This document shows positions 63,116-64,000 of a stretch of 64,000 bases of DNA, piece by piece. A program made the translations under genes and the position numbers. The notes beneath the pieces are model-generated. The model saw nothing but the letters and a program-made list of their open reading frames with translations, was not told the DNA's origin and did not search any database. Source of the DNA: Mobula hypostoma (lineage: Eukaryota); assembly GCF_963921235.1 (NCBI RefSeq), contig NC_086097.1, forward strand, positions 95,172,001-95,236,000. Reading direction: 5' to 3'. Every line of letters begins with the position of its first letter. Within the stretch, counting starts at the first letter, position 1.

Positions 63116-64000
63116 TCTCACAGTACATCAAATTGGAACATGAAATAGATATTAAGTTCTACGTACTGCAGAAGGCTATGAAATTTTAAAATCCAGTTTG
63201 AACTTTTTACATTATATACCAAGTGACTGACAAATTGCCCCCTCTGGCCCATAAAAAACTGTCCTACACTTTTACTGTCATATATTATGTATTATAACAT
63301 ACAGTATTCCCTCTCCACCTCACTCATAACCACCTGACATCTAATTTTTCGGGAGAAGTAAAAAACTGGAATTGAAATCCAGGTCAACTTAGTGGGGATT
63401 CCCCGGGAGATTCCTCCACAGAGGCACAACACAGTCTTGCAGGCAAAATATGCAGCTTAGCCATTCTGGGTGTCACCACAGACCACAATTAGTGAATCTT
63501 GCCAACAAGTCAGCTGCTCTATCCCCTGTACAATTGCAAGTGTCCAGCTGCTGACTCATTGTGCTGTCCCACAGTCCTGTCCCACAACCTGAGAATAAAC
63601 AAGACTCCAACAAGACACAAGATCCAACTTGCAAAAAAAAAATTGAAGAGGTTTCTTTAAGAAAACAAGTCTGCTTATTATAAGCAGACTTCGGCAAGTT
63701 TAGTCCCAGCTGCTTATGTGTTTGAAACAATTCCAAGAGATTTCTTATTTTAATTTTTGAACTTACCTCAGAAGAAATCATGTTTCAACGTGTGCTGATG
63801 TTTACACATTGGAGACTAGCTACTCAAGCTACTTTCTTAGGGGTTTTACTCTATTAACATTCCACTTGAGGTGATGGGATTTACACAGAAATATCTCATG
63901 CTAGCTAATTTTGCTCTCAGTTAAAGGGAATTAGCTACTATTTCTTCCTCTTTGGTGGGTTATCAACCAACCACTTTTATGGTTGATTCACATACCCATT

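Overview
Repeat-dense eukaryotic (vertebrate) non-coding DNA. The mix of CR1/HER1-like and Rex1/Babar LINEs, V-SINE-like and Deu-SINE-like elements and Penelope-like elements (PLEs) suggests a cartilaginous fish; this is an inference. I could not support any host protein-coding gene. Nearly all recognisable ORFs are frameshifted fragments of transposable elements. The dominant system is a PLE population. It includes two near-complete Neptune-type elements (RT with YIDD plus GIY-YIG; 16081-19064 and 24747-29357), several 3' fragments, a Poseidon/Penelope-type fold-back and ORF-less ~200-bp palindromic derivatives. Almost all carry a minimal type I hammerhead ribozyme motif in the pseudo-LTR (pLTR): CTGAnGA-stem II-GAAACGTC, with a loopless palindromic stem III. 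Many are flanked by 9-14 bp target-site duplications (TSDs). The window also has hAT, Tigger-like and composite Tc1-like MITEs, nested insertions and two minisatellites. Coordinates of old degenerate repeats are approximate. All family assignments come from motif recognition, not from database searches.
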